Part shown: piece after piece, positions 12,621 through 26,900 of the stretch
How the letters are laid out: every line of letters begins with the position of its first letter
Position numbering within the stretch: position 1 is the stretch's first letter
Assembly: GCA_030141605.1 (NCBI GenBank)
Contig: JAQGDQ010000297.1
Coordinates: forward strand, 62,001 to 126,000
Direction: 5' to 3'
DNA length: 64,000 nucleotides
From: Tubiluchus corallicola
Taxonomy: Eukaryota > Animalia > Priapulida
Program-made: the position numbers and the translations under genes
The notes under the pieces: model-generated
Databases searched by the model: none
What the model was told of the DNA's origin: nothing
Seen by the model: only the letters and a program-made list of their open reading frames with translations

Positions 12621-14329
12621 CAAGTTTACTACAGATACTGCAAGCATTTAAACAATATAGTTTCTGATAAACGATTTTCTATAAAGTTGCAATTGTGAGT
12701 GAAAAGGTAGTGATGAAAGCAATAAAAAACCGATACATCAGGTAGACAACTGAGGAGTTTTTCCAAACAATCGCCACATTGAGGCAGCCGCAAGCAACTG
12801 TGCTGCGACGCTTCATGGTTACGGGCATCAAGCGTCGCATTTCTTTGTATGGTCATGGCGTGGCTTGCAGGCATCTAGGCCTCCTTTGCTTCACAGGAAG
12901 ACAAGTGAGCTTAATTTGTACTGTACAGCAGCAGTTATTGAGTAGAGGCGGTAATAGTTGTGATATGCATGGCAGAGTGTGTCCATTACGGCTATTAAAG
13001 TGTAGCAGGCATAATATGATCAAGGCTATTTGAATTTACATGAGTGGACAAGACTATGAGTGGACATCGCTCGACACCAACGACGAAGCCCGTAATATTT
13101 TTGATGCGCATGCGCCCCTCACAGAGCATTCTCGCTGGCACAGAACATTAATTTCACTAGCGAAGTATAACAGTGGAGGAAGTATTGCTAAAGTAGAGTC
13201 TACTGTGCATTCGAAATGCTTTCCTTAGTACTTAAGGAGTATTTTGCTTTGTTTGTAAGGGTAAACTAATTCTTCAATTATTTTTAAGTGCATAGCTTGC
13301 CTGTTATCCAATATAACAACATAAGTTTTTTAGAAGCGAGTTTTTGCTTTGTTTGTAACATTATAAAATCTGCTATATCACTAGAAGACGTGAAGCAGCA
13401 CCAACGTTATAATTTAATAAGGCAATAACAATAAAATGTCATGTACTTGCATGTAATTAACGTGTTTTCTAGCACCTGTCACTAGCTTCAAATATTAGGC
13501 CAACTGGAGGAAATTTGTAAGCAGATCAGCGCGCTTGCCTTCTAATGAAATACAGGATTTCATTGTAGTTTTAGTGTTAGCTTTAAGTTACACGCATTAA
13601 AAACCGATTGTAGAAACCGAGAAGTGTTTACCGTAGAGATAAAGCAAATTAAATAATACCGAGAAAGGACAGGATGCATTTTTTCACAATAATGAAATAA
13701 GTGCGACCCAAAATGTTGTTAGTTCATTTGAAACTTGAAATATTAATTTAAATAAACAATAAAATTAGGCTACATTTCTTCTAAATAAAACACATAGCAT
13801 TAAATTAATAATAATGAACCGTTTGAATAAAAGCTTAATAGTATTTTTTTAATTATCTGACAGTTCTCTAGGCTAACAACTAAAGAGGCCAGTGAGCTAA
13901 TACGACCAAATACAGGTTTGCACTAAATTAAGTATAATTGATGAAAAGCATGGAATGGCTTAAAAATGATGCAAATCTTTGTAAATAAAATAAGAAATGT
14001 GTGATTTATTTTTGGCTTTCATGTGCTAGTTTGAAATGATCCACCTGTTCCAATATGTAAGTTTGTAATTTTGAATAAAATAAATGATCATTTTTAGACT
14101 CAGCTCAGTGCTTCTGCACTTTCAATGGAACGAAGTTATTTTAATATGAGCTTTAGAATGTATAAATTGGCTTAGATACATGTCTTTATTTTGCTTCTGT
14201 TAATATTTTACTTTGTTTTTATTAATTTTTGTAATAATTATTGTAATTTTAGTCAGTCGTAATAATGCCTATTCGAACTAATGTAGTACATATATATGTA
14301 TATACATCAAAATCGGCTTTAAATAAACT

Positions 14330-14460
14330 ATTTACTTACTCACTCACTCACTCACTCACTCACTCACTCACTCACTCACTCACTCACTCACTCACTCACT
14401 CACCCACTCACTCACTTACTCACTTACTCACTCACTCACTCACTCACCCACTCACTCACT
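14330..14460. repeat. (TCAC)n microsatellite
   Basis: Direct reading; explains the HSLT ORF. Confidence 0.95.
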
Positions 14461-16489
14461 TATACTTTCTTATATCCCCTCGCCTTAACACTGCAGATCG
14501 ACGACAGCAAGACTTTTGTTCCTAAAATCGAAGCGTGAAACAGCTCTACTGTATTGTACATCGATTACTGTATTGTTGAGAAATGATTTGAATTATTCTT
14601 AATTGGCACAGAAATATGAAAAATGTCCCTTTTTTCACCTCTTCTCCCTTTATCCCTCCCTCCCTCCCTACCTCTCTCACTCCCTCCCTCTCTCTCTCTT
14701 TCTCTCTGTCTCTCAACCTGTTCCACTTTCTCCGGGTATGCTTATGAAAACAAAAAGGCGAACATAAATACATTATATATATATAGTATATACAAGTATA
14801 TATTATAGACCCAAAAAAGTTGCAAGTTTTGTGTTTTAGTTGACCTGAATCTTTTAAAAGTGTGTTTATCGAAATGAAAATGAAACTTGGCTTTTGATCC
14901 AGTTTCTTTGTCGACGTAATTTACAAAAAACCCTGAGCTAAATTCTCTAGATCTTAGCATATGGGAAAATTTTAATTGTACCATACACTCTCAGTCAGTG
15001 CAAGGAAGACAAAGACGTTCCTGAACTGAAAAAAAGTTTTGCTTCAAGAATGGACTAAACATCCGCAAAACAGTATTACTTCAGTTATTCGGCTTACTGA
15101 CCTAAGTTATAAAGAAATATCAAAAGCTGAGTTTCTTTGTATGTAAAACAGTAAATTTTGGACATTTACCTTTTCTTGGTTATGGAAATACAGTTTTAAA
15201 TTTCATATATTTCAAAATCTCAGCAAAAACAAAACATAAAACTTACAACTAATTTTTTATAGTGTAATATTACACTCTCTGAAATTTTTACGCCTTTTGA
15301 GTTTGTTTTTTGTTTTATTAAAGAATTTGTAGGAAATGTTTTGTTCTGGACGATTCTGTGATTCACCGAAAATCCGTAGTTCAAAAAGTACGTTGTAAGT
15401 TAAATTACTCAAAAACGAGTAATCTGCGATTCTCAAATTTATTCAATCTGAACAACATCTGAGGGTTCAAGGAACTTGTTGGACAAATTGAGTAATTTAG
15501 TTGAAAGCTGAAATTGGGTATCTTGACAATGTAAACGAGTCAGGGATTTCTTGTTGTTGAATTGAAGGAGGTCCAGCATAAATACGTCTCTGATTCAATA
15601 AAATGAAAAAAACGTATTCTAATGCAAGTTGTTATGACTGGGCAACGTATTTACCTCAATATGAGTAACCATCGTGCCCAGTTGTTGAGAGATTTTCACT
15701 CAAAGTGAACTATATAGGTTTATTCATTAACTGTTTTCAAGCACCTTACAGCATAACTGTAATAAGAATACTTTGTTTTAATAAAGAATTGCTAGTTTTA
15801 GAATCTTTGTTTCTCATATTTTTATTGAAGTGATCGGCTATGTGACCTTTGGCCAACAGTTACTGCTGATATTGTTTTTTATTTCATCTTCAACTTGAAG
15901 TTACCATCTTCAAGCTATTGGGCGTCGCTTCGCAACAGCAAAAGCGACGGCAGTAATTATAGATCGTTGGAATTGAGATGATTCCCCAGCTTCCGCATCT
16001 GAGAGCAGTGATTAGCCTTCATTAGCTCGTCCCATCTGAGGAATATCAACAAACCCTTGTGTAATATGTCAGGGAGCTTTAGAAACGAAAAAATACGTCA
16101 CACGGGTCAAATAATTAATAAAACAGATGCAATTTTTGCTTTATGCAGAACTATAAATCGGTATTTGGTCATAGTAAGCTCATCCTTATCAAGCGAAGAA
16201 ATATTGACGAGTTTTGTAGAAACACTCGTACATCAGCCCTTTAAGAACAAGAAGACAATTTGGTGGCGTAATGGAAGTTAACTGATAAATCTCAACACAA
16301 ATAGGTCAATTTGATTTTCACAAAATCTTATTATTTTATAGAGTCAGCATGAGAGATGGCAAAGCAATACTGCTGATGCGCAGGGTTATATTTGCTTCTA
16401 TAGTTTGCTCCTAAAACAAGTTTGACTCAACGCATTGGTCGAGGAACGAGCTTAGTTCAAGATCTTGGATTACAAATAACGTCAATGCT

Positions 16490-16950
16490 TCCACCTTGAA
16501 TTTAAGAAGGCAAATCGAAAATCCGACTCGGTCAAACGACGCAGTTCATTCAAGTATACTTTTTGTAAAGTTTCACGATGATCTATTGCGAATTGGCAGA
16601 GCCTTGCGCTTTTGCTTAAGTGGTGATATAGCCTCCGTTTTGAATTCGCAATGGCGAATTGGAAACTCAGGCTTTTTTCGAAAATAATGTTGTCGCCGCC
16701 AACCTTGAACTTCAATTAGCGGATCGAAAATTATGATGCCGTCAATCCATGCAACATTCATTCTAGTACATGCCTGCAAATCCATTGCAAATTTGCAGAG
16801 CTTTAGGCTTCTTTTTTCGAAAATGATATTATTGCCGCCATTTTGAATTCCAAACGATGGATCGAGAATCCGACTCCACCAGTCGATGCAGAATTCGTTC
16901 TAGTATATTCGTCGACGATCATCTGCAAATTCACAGGTGTTTTTCAAGAA
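16490..16950 (-). repeat. Interspersed repeat with internal subrepeats (family of 1-420)
   Basis: Repeated aaaat.cgactc..ca.tcgatgcag..ttc.ttctagta units; reverse complement of the window start. Confidence 0.6.
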
Positions 16951-18961
16951 GGCAATCCCCTAACAACAAGAACAATAACAATGGACCAATAACCGTGTAC
17001 TAACAAATGCTATAAGATTACACAATACGAATTCTAACAAGTGTGGTCATGCGATATAGGATATATCCATAGGTTTTATGATAGAAAAATGTAATTTCTA
17101 CGTCATTATGTAGTCAAAATGCAAAAGTGCTTTGTAATCTGACTATCACATTTCACTACACTTTTATGCAGTTTCTTTTAGAACACCCTATATTCTTACG
17201 TTTCGTAGCTAAATTAAGGAATAAAGCATGTTGCATAAGAGCAAAATGTGTCCATAAGTGACAAGAATCTAAAGTAACCTGCGCTTTTTTAAACTTGGAT
17301 TTGCAAATATTGGCTATCCTACAGAAAGGGCGGTCAGCAAATCTGCAATGCTATGTGAGATGTTTACAAAATTTCTGAGCCTATCTCCTTCAAAAAATTC
17401 TAACAAAAATAGTTTGTCATGTAGAGAAATATAGCAACATGTTTAATTTCTAATTCTTTCCTAGGAAGTATTCTCCAAGGAAGTATTCCCTTCCGGAACT
17501 TTTCAACAGAAATGAAACGAACTGAGTTGAAAGTACTGAAATAGGATAGGATTTTACTGCTATCACCTGCCCTATGCAGATGGCTACAGGGATTTCAATA
17601 GCTTACCAATATTTATAGTGATTTTGCTGTTGCAAAACGTGAAATTATTGTGAACACTGAAGAAACAAAAAAAATTTATGCACAAAGCCAACTTGTAGGA
17701 AGTTTCTGCAAACGTTTATCTAAATAATCTATTTTTAGAAAATCTAAGCCGAGAAGTATCTTAGCCATATCTTTCATCATGAAAACAGGCATGTTCGTGA
17801 CATTGATAGACAGTGTGCTTTGTTTTATATAAGGTCAAACAAATTGATAAGAAATTTCTCAAAATATAGGGCAGACGTAAAAAGGAGATTGTGTCGCCTT
17901 GCCCAACTTTTACTACGTGGCTCTATGGTAAAAATTTCATGATTATAGTTTTAATCATATAAATATAGCATACAACAAAGGCATATGTGTAAAAAGGCCA
18001 ATATGACTTTTAGTATAACTTGACTTGTATATATGAACGTTTTAAATTACTGATGCTTTATTGTGTATAATGCAATTGTGAATGAAATGTCGGGGGGGGG
18101 GGTGATTGTAGATGCTGCATATTATAGTGTGTTTTACTAATTTTTGAATAGAAATTTTGGACGATGTTGTATCTTTTATTTTGTACATTTTTAACTACTG
18201 TTTCATGTGAAAGAAATTCTGATATAAATTCAAATTCATTATTTTAATTTTTTAAATGGAATGAAATGAAATAAATTAAAATGAAATGCTGATCTGAAAC
18301 AATGTGCGCGAAGTCATTGTGTCGTTAGAAGTAACGTCATTTTCGTGTCTGACGGTTATTAAAAAATTTTATCATTGAGATCTTTTATCAAATGAACAAC
18401 TGAACGTCTCTAATTCTGAAAGAACTTCATCTTGGAGAGTAGCCAAGGATCGAAGCGATTGGCAGCAGAAGACAGTGTCATGTCCTTAGACGAATGAACA
18501 CAGTTATGATAATATGATGGAATGAACTGAAATACTACCTAAAGTATCTAGAAGGCTAATATGCTATTGTTCTACACCATCTTCTGAAAAATCACGTAAC
18601 GTAGTTACGGAAATAAACGTTTGTAGTTTAACTACTGGATGGAGGGTGAGGGTGGGGGGCTCTGCGTACATCGCAATGTTTACATAAACCAGATCTAGTA
18701 GCAAGGTTGAACGAAGCGTCAAAAATTAAAGGGTGTTTTTAAAATTAAAGTGATAAAAATATGGGAAACGCAAAATAGTGTAAATTGCGTTTGAGTCGAG
18801 CAATTTGCATAAAGATCGTTTACATTGTTTGTTTTTTGTGCACTGTCATGGAAACGGAAACTAGATGCCTCTTGGTGGCTATAAGGCGCTTTTTAAGGGC
18901 ACTTTTTAAGTTTTTCAATAACCATGCAAATAAAGGCACAAATGTGAACCTCAATCATTAA

Positions 18962-19202
18962 AAGTCCTATGACACTATTTTTTATGTTATTTCCTTTTAT
19001 AGCGTAGGCGGAATTACATATTTCTTAACTTTTAAGACAGTTCTCATGCGTACTTTTATGTGATATTGTTACTTAAATTGCGCGCCGTTGGCGCTGCGGC
19101 GAATACTACCGCCATGACACTCAATGCTCTGACGTCACGTTAGGAAGAGCTTACTGAGAAGTACAGTAGACAGCAAGTGTCTACTAGGGTGTCATAGGAC
19201 CT
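18962..19202. mobile_element. Kolobok-like MITE (TTAA target)
   Basis: TTAA-aagtcctatgacac ... gtgtcataggacct-TTAA, 14-bp TIR with 1 mismatch and a 5'-RR start. Confidence 0.75.
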
Positions 19203-20498
19203 TTAAACAAACGTCATAGACGTTTGTTATGTCATACTGTAAGCCTACTCTCCATGAATTTAACTGATTCATAAAGTTTGATAGAATGCACGTTACTCTG
19301 ACGTGTTCAAACATTTATATAATCGCACAATTGTTTAAAATAACATGTTGTCATGATGTCACGCCATCATCATGCTGCCATTACATAACTTCTATATGGA
19401 ACACAAGAGCCTTAAGCTTTAATTTTTTGCCTGTAACAAGGTATTTTCTGCTCACGTAATTGGTCGTATGAGCTCAAGATTGAGTCCCAGATTTTTTTAA
19501 AAACCACTTTGTTAGTTTTCCAAAAGAATTATGTTTTTATCTTAACTTGTTTATGTGTTTTTATTGCACGATTGCAGAAATTGTAGAAAGTCATGTTTGT
19601 GGAAAACCTAAAGTGACGAGCACGAATCTGTGTATAATCTGCAGCGAATTAATTAGTGTAATTTATCGCCTATATTACCCACAGGATTCATTACCATCCA
19701 CGTTGCGTGCTCTGAAGCAGCAACGCTGTTTATCTTTATCCTCCTTCAATATTAATTTTTAAAATGTTGCTCGCAATAAATGATGGCTGTGATTAATGCA
19801 GTGCTATTATAAATCATCTAACTCACATTACACACACACATTGGTACCTCATTCACCTTAAATAGGAGCACCTGATCTTATATTTCTATTAGCAAGTTTT
19901 TATATGATTATTAAACGGTGTGTAAATGTGTGTAAAAGTTTAAAATCAACAATATGATATATAGGAACATTTTGTAGGTGCAAATTGACGCATGCACTAA
20001 CTTAACAATGAAATCTGCTTAAAACAGGAATATGTGTGAGTTTGAATTTTTAATTAAATAGTTATAAAATCTAGTCCCCTTATTATTTCATGTGATATTT
20101 ACGGGTAAGATGCCTATTATGTTGTTTAAATCAGCAAATCACATGTTTTTGTGTTTCTGTGCTTTTTAGAAGCTGTGACTGGTCGAAATAAATAGTCTAG
20201 AGTAAGGCAGGTGAAGATTACGCGTGGGCTGAGATGACTTTTATCTCCCAACATAGTCTTTTGTACTGTATAAGTAAGGAATATTTAATCAATGAATCGA
20301 TCTCAAAGTTACCTGTTTCTGAATCCTTCAATATGCTAATGTAAAACGTGGATGCCAGGAAGGTAGCGTTTTAAGCATTTTACTTTTTGTAGTGTTTACA
20401 TAAATAATATGCCTGATATAATCGGTTGTTCAAATTCTAAACTTTTATGCGAATTACGTAGAGTTCATCATGTCGCTGCTTCGTAAAAGGGATAGCAG

Positions 20499-20777
20499 CT
20501 GTAGCGGATAGTCCTATAGGCTGAAGCCTAAGGCCCGGGATCAAAAGGGGCCCGGCAAAATAATCGCTGTAATCGTGTTTATATAGTCCTAGTCCACAAC
20601 TCAAGGATCAAGAAGATATAATTTTTATCACAATCGGTGGGCAAAAACTCACAAAATTAAACAAACTTACAAACGACGAGAGCTCCACAAAAACACGTCA
20701 GCTCAGCAGTGTAGCAACATTTAAAAGGCCCGTTCCAAGCTCAAGCCTAAGGCCCATAAAATCATAATCCGCAAAAT
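20499..20777. mobile_element. Degenerate hAT-like MITE
   Basis: Flanking direct repeat gggatagcag (20489-20498 and 20778-20787), ends ctgtagcggat and aatccgc, internal aagcctaaggccc motifs. Confidence 0.55.
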
Positions 20778-21184
20778 GGGATAGCAGGGCAAGTTTCAAA
20801 TGATAATCGAGCTAATTAGTAAAAACTGTGGTGTCTTGACTAAATTTTCCGTTTAACTTATTTAAATAAACAAGCTAACGACCTCGATATGTAACAGTCA
20901 CCTAAGACTTGCATTTTCTGCTCATAGTTATAAGATCATACTTATAAATAGGCATGTTGTTTGCCGTGCGTGCAGACAAGAACTATCTACTAACTGCATA
21001 TATCTGAAACTTTGATTAAGAACTTCGTTAAGGAAATTTTAAAGTGTAATTTTAATTTGAAAAATGTCCAAGCAAAAAGCTGTATTACGTTTAGCTAATT
21101 GAAAGACTTATACATAACCGAAAAAGAAAACGACTAATAATTTAAAATGTTTTCGTCAGCTGGAAAAACGTCAATGTTTCACTG

Positions 21185-21900
21185 TCCCTGTGTGCACCAA
21201 AAACGTCACAGGTTCACCAGAAAATCGTGTTATTCATCTTACTGACATATAAAGTAATTTATTCTGCACTATACGAATACTGCTGATTATTTTTCGAACA
21301 TTACGCAATGGTATTTAAACTTGTTTTACACGACTTACCATTATAACTGTCTTTAACTGTCATCGCGGGAGTTTAATTTCACAAATTTTATAAGCATTAC
21401 TGCTAACGTAAGCACTGTATGTAACAAAACAGCATGAGTGACGTTCGTGACGTCAGCCGATACTATAAGACCTACCGAGCATCAGTGTACTCTCTTGTGA
21501 TTTAAAGGGGAAGAAAAGAAAATGTTTAAATATATCCCAAAGAGCTTTCTATACAAAGTTATATTAATTAGCATTATGCTCCCCTGTTTGAAAGATCTAT
21601 GTAATTGGGAAAGTAAATTCTTAATGTTGTAAATTAAAATATTCGCACCACCCGGTAAAATGGCACTACGTCTACAATCCAGTGTGCATCACTGGCTCAC
21701 CAGAAACGCATTCTTGTTCTTGCTGACAATATAAAGTAATTTAAACTTTTGCTTAGTTACCGCAGAGTGTGCTACAGACTTTTTCAAACTTTAGCAAGTA
21801 TTGTCTAAACTTGTTTCAAACAACTTATAGTTAAAATGGCTGCGCCTGACGGTCATCGAGTGAGCTTATGTTTACAAATCTTATACAACGTTGCTACTAA
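21185..21900. repeat. Two diverged tandem copies of one interspersed repeat (about 21185-21410 and 21677-21900)
   Basis: Shared blocks tcaccagaaa...ctgaca.tataaagtaattta and taaacttgttt...gtcatcg...acaaat.ttata. Confidence 0.55.
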
Positions 21901-22776
21901 TACAAGCTCTGAGCCCAATTTGATAGTATGTATGTGGTACGAAATTTCAAGACGAAATTTTTAGCTTTATGTAAGAAGATTGCTTTAATAAAAACCGTGT
22001 TTGAAACGCGTGACGTTACTTTAGGGTTTGTGTACATTTCAGTACATGTAACGTAGGTTGATTTACTTACAAATTTAAGAGCCATTTGAGCTATGTGTTA
22101 TAATATCATTCACGCTGTAAATTTAAGGTGTCATAGTCAGAAACACGCTTAAAAATTGCGAGTTGGATACTGCAGATTTAAATGTTGTAGAAATTTCTTT
22201 TGCTATAAAGTCTGAAGATTAGAAATAATCTTCCAGTGAGTAATGCTCCACCAATCGGCATAGTGCCCAATTGATATTTTTAAGAAAAAAGACCATAATA
22301 CCAAAACTAATATTTTTTCATCTGTAAGTAGCTCTTGGTTCTTAGTGCTTCGTTACTTAACCTTTCTTTTTAAGCTATACATATGGATTTTGAACTCAAT
22401 TCCTTTTAAAATTTTACACTGTACATTATTTTGTTTAGGTGATAAGATTTTTCACGTGTATTGATGAAACTAAACTTTAAATAAATAGCCAAACAAACAA
22501 ACAAACAAAAATAAATAAATAAATACACAAATCGACAAATATATAAAAATATACTTGCGAGCTTGGCTTATAGTGCTGTCCATATCTGTTTTTAACCAAA
22601 GCTTGTTCTAAGCTAGGGTAAAACTCCTTCAACAATGTCCGCAAAAGAGTTAAGTTTCAAACTTTGTTACTTTCATTTTTCTCTTCATGTGTTCGTCCTC
22701 CTGCACTGTTTTGGAGGTAATAATCTCTTATGAAATGACTTTTCCAGTTGTGGTTTCAGAGTTAAGTATGTTGTGC

Positions 22777-23070
22777 TATTCTATTCTATTCTATTCTATT
22801 CTATTCTATTCTATTCTATTCTATTCTATTCTATTCTATTCTATTCTATTCTATTCTATTCTATTCTGTTCTGTTCTGTTCTGTTATTCTTTCTGTTCTG
22901 TTCTATTCTATTCTATTCTATTCTATTCTATTCTATTCTATTCTATTCTATTCTATTCTATTCTATTCTATTCTATTCCATTCTATTCCATTCTATTCCA
23001 TTCTATTCCATTCTATTCCATTCTATTCCATTCTGTTCCATTCTATTCCATTCTATTCTATTCTATTCTA
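22777..23070. repeat. (TTCTA)n pentanucleotide microsatellite with TTCTG/TTCCA variants
   Basis: Direct reading; explains the YSILF ORFs. Confidence 0.97.
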
Positions 23071-23234
23071 TTTTTCCAACTCTCCTCTATTCTAATCTAT
23101 GGTTTCCTTTATGGCAGTATGGCACTCTTCAAGACGGAGTCCATCATTCACCGGTTGTATCTGATTAATGTATGTGGGCGTGGCATGGAGGAACCCACAT
23201 TATTATCAATAACAAATCACTAAGATGAGAAACC

Positions 23235-23485
23235 GTTCTGTTTTGTCCTGTTCTGTTCTGTCCTGCCTTGCCCTGTCCTGTCGTGTCCTGTCCTGTCCTG
23301 CTCTGTCCTGTCTTGTCCTGTCCTGTTCTATTCTGCGCTGTCCTGTTCTGTTCTACGTTCTGTTTTGTTCTGTGCTGTTCCGTTGTGCTTCATTTAGTTC
23401 CGTTTCGTTCTGTTCTAATCTGTTGTATTCTGTTTAGTTTCGTTCAATTTCTTTTCACGCCGTTCCGTTCCGTTCCGTTCGGTTT
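23235..23485. repeat. Degenerate (TCCTG/TTCTG/TTCCG)n pentanucleotide repeat
   Basis: Direct reading. Confidence 0.9.
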
Positions 23486-24899
23486 TTGGTGTGTTCTCTT
23501 TTATTCTCTTGTTTTCTACTCAATTTGTTTTCATGCCACACATCTTTCTGGAAAAACTGTGTCAATTCGTCGCACCATTGCCGTGCAGTTAGGTACAAAT
23601 GGATGACAGCGACATATATTCGCTTTTGTTCATTCACCTGCACTTGGATGACCGGACATCCTCTCTTCGTTCAAAGCTTACTTTAATTTTCTCTTGGGAA
23701 TATTCTACACGGCACTAATGTCATAGCACTTGTTCCAACCATTTTGCCTTGCTTCGTAAGTTACTTTTACGCATGCGCAGTCACTACACGTACAAATAGC
23801 CTAAGTTGACAGTCGTGGTAATCCTGAACTTCTGGCAGCGGTCCTCTGCATTAAGAACCTCATCCCGCTTCCAGCCTCCAATATCCTGTTGCTAAATCCA
23901 CAAAAAGGAAAACAGTGTTCAATTGCAGCAACAACAATCTAGGTTTGATTAAGAACACTGCTTTGCTTTACGGTCGATACGTAATTTTATAATATATTGA
24001 GTAAAACCAATACGCTGCCATCGCAAAACTTCTTACGACTGCCACTTACTACAGATGCACTAACTTCAAACGCCATTAGCAAGTTCTACGCCTTGCGATA
24101 GTTGTTTTCCTAGAAAATTAAATTGCAATGTTCTAGAATTATTACGAATTATAGCCATTAAGGCTTCTTACTAAAATAATCTGTTGAAACTGTAAGTTTT
24201 CTTTCTTTTTGGTCTTTAGTCTTTGCAAATGCAATAAAAAGGTTGTGTTATGTTCGTTAAGAAAGGGAAATTTGTCTTACTTGAGCAACTGCGTAAGTAT
24301 ATAAGCAATTTGATTCTTAAAGACATTACATTTTTTAAAATAGGCCTATCGACAACGAAAAAATAAAAAAAACACGTATCTTTAAACTGAGGCGTCGAGG
24401 TTTTTCATTTCTAAATTGTGGATTTTTTATTAAGCAAACAGACAGGTTATACAAAAAACTCAACAACAACTCTTAACTATGTACATTCATAAAAATAACT
24501 CGCTAGCGGTCACTTTTATGTCGTCCTCTTCTTTTTTCTTCTAGTCAGTTTGAATAAATATTTCACTAGAAAGTCTGTACTACTTCGAAGAGTTAGACAA
24601 TACGTTAAGTGCTTCCGTTCACGCTCAGGTGAGCAGCTGATTTGAATGTGACAGGTAAAGCTGAAAGATTTTAATGAAATTCTTCAAGCTGGCACTGTCA
24701 GGTGTTACACGCCTCAAGGCGCACTTCAAATGCGTCGACATTTTTAAATTTTTAAGTAATCCCCGTAAACTGGCCTATCATCAGCAGATCATCTGAGTAA
24801 ACTATACAGTAAACCAGCTGAGCGTGGATATTCATCACCATCATCATTATTATTACTATCGTCAATGACATCACAATCACTGCAGCTGCAAAGAACTCA

Positions 24900-26900
24900 A
24901 CGGCAAGAATAAGAGAAACAACAGCAATAATAACATAAAAAAACAGCAAAAGCAACAGAAACAACAGCAAAAACAACAGTAACAACAGCAAGAATAACAG
25001 AAACAACTGCAAGAATAACCGAAAAAACAAGGCTATAAACCCAACAGCAAGAACAACAGAAACAGCAGCAAGAACAACAGAAACAGCAGCAAGAACAACA
25101 GAAACAACTGCAACAACAACAGAAACAACAGCAAAGACAACAGAAACGATAGCAAGAATGACAGAAGCAGTAAGCAACAGAAACAACACCAAGAACAACA
25201 GGAACAACTGCAAGAATAACCGAAAAACAGCAAGGCAATAAACACAACAGCAAGAACAACAGAAAGAACAGCAACAACAACAGAGACAAAGTAATGAAAA
25301 CGGAAGCAATAGCAAGAACAACAGAAACAACAGTAAGTACAACAGGAACAACTGCAAGAATAACAGAAACAACTGCAAGAATAACCGAAAAACAGCAAGG
25401 CAATAAACACAACAGCAAGAACAACAGAAACAGCAGCAAGAACAACAGAAACAGCAGCAAGAACAACAGAAACAACAGAAAACAGAAACAACTGCAAGAA
25501 CAACAGAAACAGCACCAAGAACAACAGAAGCAACAGCAAGAACAACAGAAACACCAGCAAGAACAACAGAAACACCAGCAAGAATAACAGGAACAACTGC
25601 AAGAATAACCGAAAAACAGCAAAACAGCAAAAACAATAGCAAGAACAACAGAAACAGCAGCAAGAACAACAGAAAGAACAGCAAAACAACAGAAACAGCA
25701 GCAAGAACAATAGAAACAACAGCAAAACAACAGAAACAACAGCAAGAACAACAGAAACAGCAGCGAGAACAACAGAAACAACAGCAAAACAACAGAAACA
25801 ACAGCAAGAACAACAGAAACAGCAGCAAGAACAACAGAAACAACAGCAAAACAACAGAAACAACAGCAAGAACAACAGAAACAGCAGCAAGAACAACAGA
25901 AACAACAGCAAGAACAACAGAAACAGCAGCAAGAACAACAGAAACAACAGCAAAACAACAGAAACAATGGCAAGAACAACAGAAACAACAGCAAGAACAA
26001 CAGAAACAGCAGCAAGAACAATAGAAACAACAGCAAAACAACAGAAACAATGGCAAGAACAACAGAAACAACAGCAAGAACAACAGAAACAGCAGCAAAA
26101 CAACAGAAACAACAGCAAGAACAACAGAAACAACAGCAAGAACAACAGAATAACAGCAAAACAACAGAAATAATAGCAAGAACAACAGAAACAGCAGCAA
26201 AACAACAGAAACAACAGCAAGAACAACAGAAACAGCAGCAAGAACAACAGAAACAGCAGCAAGAACAACAGAAACAGCAGCAAGAACAACAGAAACAGCA
26301 GCAAGAACAACAGAAAGAACAGCAAAACAACAGAAACAACAGCAAGAACAACAGAAACAGCAGCAAGAACAACAGAAACAACAGCAAGAACAACAGAAAC
26401 AGCAGCAAGAACAACAGAAACAACAGCAAAACAACAGAAACAATGGCAAGAACAACAGAAACAACAGCAAGAACAACAGAAACAGCAGCAAGAACAATAG
26501 AAACAACAGCAAAACAACAGAAACAATGGCAAGAACAACAGAAACAGCAGCAAGAACAACAGAAACAGCAGCAAAACAACAGAAACAACAGCAAGAACAA
26601 CAGAAACAACAGCAAGAACAACAGAATAACAGCAAAACAACAGAAATAATAGCAAGAACAACAGAAACAGCAGCAAAACAACAGAAACAGCAGCAAGAAC
26701 AACAGAAACAGCAGCAAGAACAACAGAAACAGCAGCAAAACAACAGAAACAGCAGCAAAACAACAGAAATAATAGCAAGAACAACAGAAACAACAGCAAG
26801 AATAACAGAAAAACAGCAAGAACAACAGAAATAACAGCAAAACAACAGAAATAATAGCAAGAACAACAGAAACAACAGCAAGAATAACGAAGACAAGAAA
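24900..26900. repeat. ~2-kb minisatellite of mixed 21-nt (gcaagaacaacagaaaca[a/g]ca) and 20-nt (gcaaaacaacagaaacaaca) units
   Basis: Direct reading. A higher-order 476-bp duplication is marked by aaacaATGgcaag at 25967/26443 and 26050/26526. Confidence 0.95.

Noticed and set aside
22687-23686. ORFs rich in YSILF and SCPVL
   Set aside because: Translations of pentanucleotide microsatellites
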